Assembly (NCBI GenBank): GCA_951406725.2
Contig: OX597842.1
Location: 16,864,001 to 16,928,000, forward strand
Origin: Octopus vulgaris
Taxonomy: Eukaryota
Length of the DNA: 64,000 bases
Direction: 5' to 3'
This document shows positions 57,016-64,000 of this stretch, piece after piece (within the stretch, counting starts at the first letter, position 1; each line of letters opens with the position of its first letter). The notes beneath the pieces are model-generated. The model saw only the letters and a program-made list of their open reading frames with translations. It was not told the DNA's origin and did no database searches. The translations under genes were made by a program, and so were the position numbers.

Positions 57016-57384
57016 TGTAATGTATGTAGATTTAGCCCACAAACATACTGTAAAGCCAGAAATGCAGTCTATAGTATAAGATGTTTAGAGGGACGATGCA
57101 GTAACAAGACAACGACATACGTAGGGGAAACGGCAAGAATCATAGGAGAGCGGGTAAATGGGCATTGGAGACAACCCAAGGAAGGTAAAAGCTCATCGAT
57201 TCTGTACCAACACGCCGAACAGGAACACGGGTGATCAATCAACAACATAGAAATTAAAATATTGTCCATACATAGAACAGATGCAACAATCAGACAAATT
57301 ACAGAAGCTACACACATACTAGGAAATAAACCTAGCCTGAATAGAAAACTAGAATGGAACACTAACACACACCACAACATATAA
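57016..57384 (+). mobile_element. Penelope-like element GIY-YIG endonuclease remnant with one in-frame stop (57232-57234)
   Basis: CNVC..C.ARNAVYSIRC...YVGETAR...ERVNGH...HAEQEH*...RQITEATHILGNKPSLNRKLEW; translated by hand, absent from the ORF track. Confidence 0.85.
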
Positions 57385-57957
57385 CGGTAGAGGATCCCGA
57401 AAACATAATAAATAAAGTAATAGAAATAAATAACTATATATATATATTTTTTATTCATTATTTTTATTACTAGTATTGTTGTTATACATACATACATACA
57501 AGCATATGTAATGATAATAATAAGTGGATGTAAACACATGAACAAAATAAGAATAAACAAAAGCAACAACAACAAAAACAAATTACATGAACGTATATAA
57601 ACAGTAGATACAAATATTACAGGCATCCCCCAAACACACACGAAATAAACATACACAAACATAGAGATATAAGCATGCGCAAATGAAGACATACAATAGA
57701 AATACAAAATGCCCAAATATGAAAGAAGAAAACAAAGGCCCACTGATGCGGCCACAGGAGTGTGACGAAAGAACTCTGGCCGAAATAAGATTAAGATTAA
57801 TGTAACAAATAAATAACACTGAAGAAAAGTTACACCAAATATATAGTGCGTGTGTTTTTATTGGCTAAACTGGCAAAATGACCATTCCAAAATATAACAA
57901 TATCTGTTTCAATACACGACTTCACATAAAAAATCTTGCACAACAAATATATAAACG

Positions 57958-58056
<99 letters not shown>

Positions 58057-58273
58057 CGGGAAGCTTTATGAAAATAAACAAAAGACGAAGACAGGTGTAA
58101 TACAAACAAACAATTGTATTAGTATGGCGCTCAGGAATATAAATAAAACAAGTCTTTTATGTTTCGAGCCTACGCTCTTTAACAGAAAGATACACAGAAA
58201 AGAAACACAGAAAGAAACAAGGAGAGAAAAAAAATGCGTTCTGAGGCTAGCGTATCAATATATATATATAGGG

Positions 58274-58327
<54 letters not shown>

Positions 58328-58885
58328 GTGCAGAAGTGGTTGTGTGGTATGTACCTTGCTTACCAACCACAAGGTTCCAGGTTCATTCCCACAGCGTGGC
58401 ACCTCGGACCCAGTGGCTTTGCGTAAGTAGCTTACTTACCAACCACAAAGTTCCAGGTTCATTCCCACTGCGTGGCACCTTGGGGGTGTGTCTACTATAG
58501 CCTCGGGCCAACCAAAGCCTTGTGAGTGGATTTTGGTAGACGGAAACTGACAGAAGCCCATCGTATATATATATATATATATATCATGTGATCACGTGAC
58601 CGACCAGACCATCAGATGTTGTTATACATCGCTGGTCACAATGCGTTCGCATAGTTTTAGCCTTTGAATGACGCCACCCAGCTGGCTAAGCGAGCAGGCC
58701 AACAGAAGAAAGAGTGGGAGAAAGAGTGGTGAAAGAGTACAGCAGGGATCACACCCTACTGCCGGAGCGTCGTGGAGCTTTAAGGTGTTTTCGCTCAATA
58801 AACACTCACAACGCCCGGTATAGGAATCGAAACCACGATCCTACGACCGCGAGTCCGCTGCCCTAACCGCTGGGCCATTGCGCCT

Positions 58886-59016
<131 letters not shown>

Positions 59017-59036
59017 TATATATATATATATATACT

Positions 59037-59091
<55 letters not shown>

Positions 59092-59273
59092 TGCCGAAGG
59101 AGTGGCTGTGTGGTATGTAGCTTGCTTACCAACCACAAGTTTCCAGGTTCATTCCCACGACGTGACACCGTGGGTAGGTGTCTTCTATTATAACCTCGGG
59201 CCGATCGGAGCCTTGTGAGTGGATTTGGTAGACGGAAACTGAAAGAAGCCCGTCGTATATATGTATATATATG

Positions 59274-59304
<31 letters not shown>

Positions 59305-59305
59305 G

Positions 59306-59375
<70 letters not shown>

Positions 59376-59569
59376 CGCAGGAGGGGCTGTGTGGTAAGTA
59401 GCTTACTTACCAACCATATGGTTCCGGTTTCAGTCCCACTGCGTGGCAACTTGGGCAGGTGTCTTCTACTATAGCCTCGGGCGAACCATAGCCTTGTGAG
59501 TGGATTTGGTAGACGGAAACTGAAAGAAACCGTCGTATATATATATATATATATATGCGTGTCACTTTA

Positions 59570-60945
59570 TATATATATATATTGTATTATTTTTTTCTTG
59601 TATGTATTTTTTGTGCAGTTCTTTGTTACGTCCCTTTTTGTGTTACATTTTTTCTTGCTCGTTTACCCCTCTACGAGTTTATTTTATTTTAATTCTCTCG
59701 TAGAAGGCCTAGCTTGAACTTATGTGTTCTGTCTCTGCCTTCGAAACACGTGTCTGCTAGCGACAGCTGATGAAGGGGATTTTTCCTTGTGTAGCCTGTC
59801 CTGTACTTCGTTTTTCTGCTCCACATAATTGTTTTTCCCGTTTTCGTTTTCGTTTCGTCTTGTTCCACGTCTCTGTCCTTCTGTTGTAACAAAATGTCTT
59901 CTCCGTTTTCGTTCTGTTGATTTTTTCGTCTTCTTGTGATGTCCTGTACGTATATATATATTTATATATGCATGTATATATACATGTAGATGTCGGTACG
60001 TACGTATATGTTTGTATGTATGCATATATTTTATTTATTACACTATTGTCTGACAGCGCTTCGCGTCGGGTTCGTTTGAAGTTTCGATTTTTCGAATTCT
60101 CACTTCGTTCCGTCTCCTTCCTCCTTGTCCGTTTTTACAGTTTACTACAATGATGCGAAACTCTCCCCCTTTGCTTTAACTTCCCCTCTCTCTCTCTCTC
60201 TCTCTTGCTCTCTCTACCTCACCCTTCTCTCTAGCCTGTGTCTTCCTCTATCTGTCTCTCTCTCTCTCTCTCCTACTCCTCCTCACTTTCGTCACTGCTA
60301 AGCCTTTCCGCCTGTTGCATTCAGGCCATAAGGTCATGTTTCCGCGTGCTCGCCAGTTACCCTCTCGTCCCAGCCAGAACAAAGGTCTCCGCTCGTCTTT
60401 TTCGTTTGTTTTCTTGTTTATTTTTGATTTCTCGTATTGTAATTTAATTCTCGTTATGTATTTTCGTGTACATGTATCTTTAATTTTGTATTATTTTTTC
60501 TTGTATGTATTTTTTTGTGCAGTTCTTTGTTACGTCCCTTTTTGTGTTACATTTTTTCTTGCTCGTTTACCCCTCTACGAGTTTATTTTATTTTAATTCT
60601 CTCATAGGAAGGCCTAGCTTGACCTTACGTGTTCTGTCTCTGCCTTCGAAACACGTGTCTGCTAGCGACAGCTGATGAAGGGGATTTTTCCTTGTGTAGC
60701 CTGTCCTGTACTTCGTTTTTCTGCTGCACATAATTGTTTTTCCCGTTTTCATTTTCGTTTCGTCTTGTTCCACGTCTCTGTCCTTCTGTTGTAACAAAAT
60801 GTCTTCTCCGTTTTCGTTCTGTTGATTTTTTCGTCTTCTTGTGATGTCCTGTACGTATATATATATTTATATATGCATGTATATATACATGTAAATGTCG
60901 GTACGTACATATATGTTTGTATGTATGCATATATTTTATTTATTA

Positions 60946-60950
<5 letters not shown>
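59570..60950. mobile_element. ~470-bp direct repeat pair (period ~905 bp), pLTR-like, TA-flanked
   Basis: 59570-60045 matches 60490-60950; both carry GAAACACGTGTC and CTGATGA hammerhead half-motifs. Confidence 0.7.
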
Positions 60951-60994
<44 letters not shown>

Positions 60995-62327
60995 TATATA
61001 GGCGCAGGAGTGGCTGTGTGATAAGTAGCTTATTTACCAACCACACGGTTCCAGGTTCATTCCCACTGCGTGGCACCTTGGGCAACTGACTTCTACTATA
61101 GACTCTGGCCAACCAAGTCCTTGTGAGTGGATTTCGTAGACGGAAACTGAAAGAAGCCCGCCTTATTTATATGTATGTGTGTGTATATATTTGTGTGTCT
61201 GTGTTTGTCCTCCCCGCTAACATGGCTTGACAACCGATGCTGGTGTGTTTACGTCTCCGTAACTTAGCGGTTCGGCAAAAGATCCCAATAAAATCTAGGC
61301 TTCAAAGAATATGTCCCGGTGTCGATTTGCTCGACTGAAGATCGGTGCTCCAGCATGGCCACAGTCAATAACTGAAACCAGTAAATGAGTAAAGAGAGTA
61401 AGTCAAAGCGTGTAATTCCCAAACGCAGTCACACAGGGGGAAAACCCTATGTCTGTGAAATATGAGGGACTTCATTTATCACAAGAATTCATTTCAAATC
61501 TCACAAACAGGAGTGGCTGTGTGGTAGGTAGGTTGTTTACCAACCACACGGTTCCAGGTTCATTCCCACTGCGTGGCACCTTGGCAAGTGTCTTCTACTA
61601 TAGTCTCGGGACAAACAAAGCCTTGTGAGTTGATTTGGTAGACGGAAACTGAAAGGAGCCCGTCGTATATATGTATATATATATATATGCGTGTGCCACG
61701 CAGTGAGAATGAACCCGGAACCTTGTGGTTGGTAAGCAAGATACTTACCAAGCATCCACTCCTGTGCCTATATATATACGTACATATATACGACGGGCTT
61801 CTTTCAGTTTCCGTCTACAAAATCAACTCAAAAGGTTTTCTTTGGCCCGAGGCTATAGTAGGACACACTTCCCAAGGTGCCAAGCAGTGGGATGAACCTG
61901 GAACCTTGTGGTTGGTAAGCACGCTACTTACCACACAGCCACTCCTGCGCTTATATATATACACACATATATATATACATGATGGGCTTCTTTCAGTTTC
62001 CGTCTACCAAATCCACACGTAAGGTTTTGTTTGGCCCAAGGCTCTAGAAGAAGTCACTTGCCCAAGGTGCCACGCAGTGGTATTGAACCTGCAACGATGT
62101 GGTTGGCAGGCAAGCTACTTACCACACAGCCACTCCTGCACCTATATATATATATATATATGACGGGCTTCTTTCAGTTTCCGTCTGCCAAATCCACTCA
62201 CAAGGATTTGTTTGACCCGAGGCTATAGTAAAAACACTTGCCCAAGGTGCCACGCAGTGGGACTGAACCTTGAACGTTGTGGTTGGTAAGCAAGCTACTA
62301 ACCATACAGCCACTCTTGCGCCTACGA

Positions 62328-62606
62328 CATGTCAACAAAAGATTTACCGCAAATTTCACAACGAAATGGTTTTTCTCCGGCGTCTATCAATTTGTGTCTG
62401 TTTAAGTAACTGACAGAAACCAACGATTTCCTACATACGTCACAAAGATATGGGTTTTCTCCTGTGTGACTTCGGATATGAATAACCAAATGAGATTTAG
62501 CCGAGAATCACTTCCCTCATGTCTGACATGGATAGGATTTTTAGCCAGTGTGGATTCGTTTGTGTCTGTTTAAATTTCCATCAGAAATAAAGTATTTCCA
62601 ACATTT
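62328..62606 (-). pseudogene. C2H2 zinc-finger array pseudogene fragment (~3.5 fingers, 3 stops)
   Basis: CWKYFISDGNLNRHKRIHTG*KSYPCQT*GK*FSAKSHLVIHIRSHTGENPYLCDVCRKSLVSVSYLNRHKLIDAGEKPFRCEICGKSF. Confidence 0.88.
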
Positions 62607-62609
62607 TGC

Positions 62610-62690
62610 TGTGAGATTTGCGGGAAATCATTCATGAAAGACAGTACTTTAGCCATTCACAGACAAAGACACATCAGAGAGATGCTTTTA
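62610..62690 (+). pseudogene. Single C2H2 finger fragment in the opposite orientation
   Basis: CEICGKSFMKDSTLAIHRQRH. Confidence 0.75.
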
Positions 62691-63124
62691 AATTGAAACA
62701 TCTTCTGATGAAAGACCCTTTTACCTTCCACTTTCCTCCAGCACTCTCTCGTTTTCTCAACAAACTAACTTGAAATTTTGATGGAAGGTTTATTTTTGAA
62801 CCCTTTTCTTACCATATTTCTGTTGCCCTTTCTTTCAATTAATTTTGAAAATATTAAAGATTTGAATAAAATAACTTTTTTCATTATGAAGTTGATGTTT
62901 CGAACATAAAATAATATGAAATTTTAAGGAAATGTTTTCATTTAGATCACTTTAACCCTTTCGTTACCATAATCTGTTGAAGAACCTTGTCTTTGTTTCA
63001 ATTAATTTTGAAAATGAGGAATCATTTAGTAAAATATCTTTGTCCCAATTCAGCTGGTATTTGGAGCATAAATTAACATATATTAAACATAAACTAACAT
63101 AAATTAAACATAAATTAACATCTG

Positions 63125-63262
63125 TTAAACATGGATTCCTTTGTTTAAATTATCATCAGAAATAAAGTATTTCCCACAAACTTCACAAAGACAAGGGCGT
63201 TCACCTGTGTGAGGTCTTTTGTGAATAACAAGATTTGATTTCCGAGTAAAGGATTTCTCACA
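63125..63262 (-). pseudogene. C2H2 zinc-finger fragment
   Basis: [45 protein letters not shown]. Confidence 0.8.
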
Positions 63263-64000
63263 ACAGAACGTAACGGCAGACGAAATACGCATTTCGCCCG
63301 GCGTTTTAATGTTTCGGACAGCTCGCCGCCTTTAGCGGACGAAATACCTATTTCTTCACTACCCAAAAGGGGCTAAAAACAGATGGGACAAACAAGAACA
63401 GACAAAGGGATTAAGTCGATTATATCGATCCCAGTGCGTAACTGGTAATTAATTTATCGACCCCGAAATGTTGAAAGGCAAAGTCAACCTCGGCGGAATT
63501 TGAACTCAGAACGTAGCGACAGATGAAATATCGCTAATTATTTCGCGTGCTAACGATTCAACCAGCTCACAGAGAGAGAGGGTGGGTTGAATGGTTGTAT
63601 AGATCACAAATCTTAAAATGTTTGTAGAAGTCCTTTTAATCGTTGGTTCGGTCAGTTGCTAAATAAGATTCCTTACGTTGGAGTCACCCCTTTTACATTA
63701 ATGCTGTATGGTGTAGTTGATATAGAGAACAAAGTGTTTCAGAAATATGACAGACGAGTCTTTTTCTCAGATGAAAAATGTTTTATTTAACAACAATAAA
63801 ATAAATAACTGAGTCACAGAGAAAAATTACAACAGCAAAGAAACAACATAGAATAATCACTCTTTGAATATTACATTGGGAAAGCAAATACATGAACTTG
63901 TCTTTGTGTGCAACAGAATGTTTCAGAAAATATATTAAGCATAAGAAGGGTAAAAAAGATGCGAATGTGTGTGTGTGTGTATCTGTATGTGTGTGTGTGT

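Noticed and set aside
57069-57755. 228-aa hydrophobic minus-strand ORF
   Set aside because: Antisense shadow of the A-rich Penelope-like remnant on the plus strand

Overview
Eukaryotic, AT-rich, repeat-dominated genomic DNA. The tRNA-derived SINE families, abundant (TA)n/(TACA)n tracts and decayed C2H2 zinc-finger arrays point to a coleoid cephalopod (Octopus-like); this is an inference. Almost all ORFs in the supplied track are microsatellite or SINE read-through. One real protein-coding gene is visible on the + strand (814-24647): the end of an EMI-like cysteine domain, ten calcium-binding EGF exons and a short basic/Pro-rich tail. Its 5' exons lie upstream of the window. Four of the EGF exons encode identical peptides and come from a recent tandem intragenic duplication whose history can be read from nested transposons. 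The rest is SINEs, fragments of RTE, CR1/L2-like and L1/Tx1-like LINEs, a mariner remnant, a Helitron, a Penelope-like GIY-YIG remnant and C2H2-ZNF pseudogene pieces. The main hidden signal is at least 8 minimal type I hammerhead ribozyme motifs, including U3:A8 and U4C core variants. They sit in short, mostly (TA)n-flanked fold-back or direct-repeat elements from several unrelated families, consistent with non-autonomous Penelope-like or retrozyme-type elements. A second oddity is an 800-bp (TGCG)n block that reads like an A-to-G converted version of the surrounding (TACA)n tract. Coordinates were read by eye; repeat boundaries are approximate.
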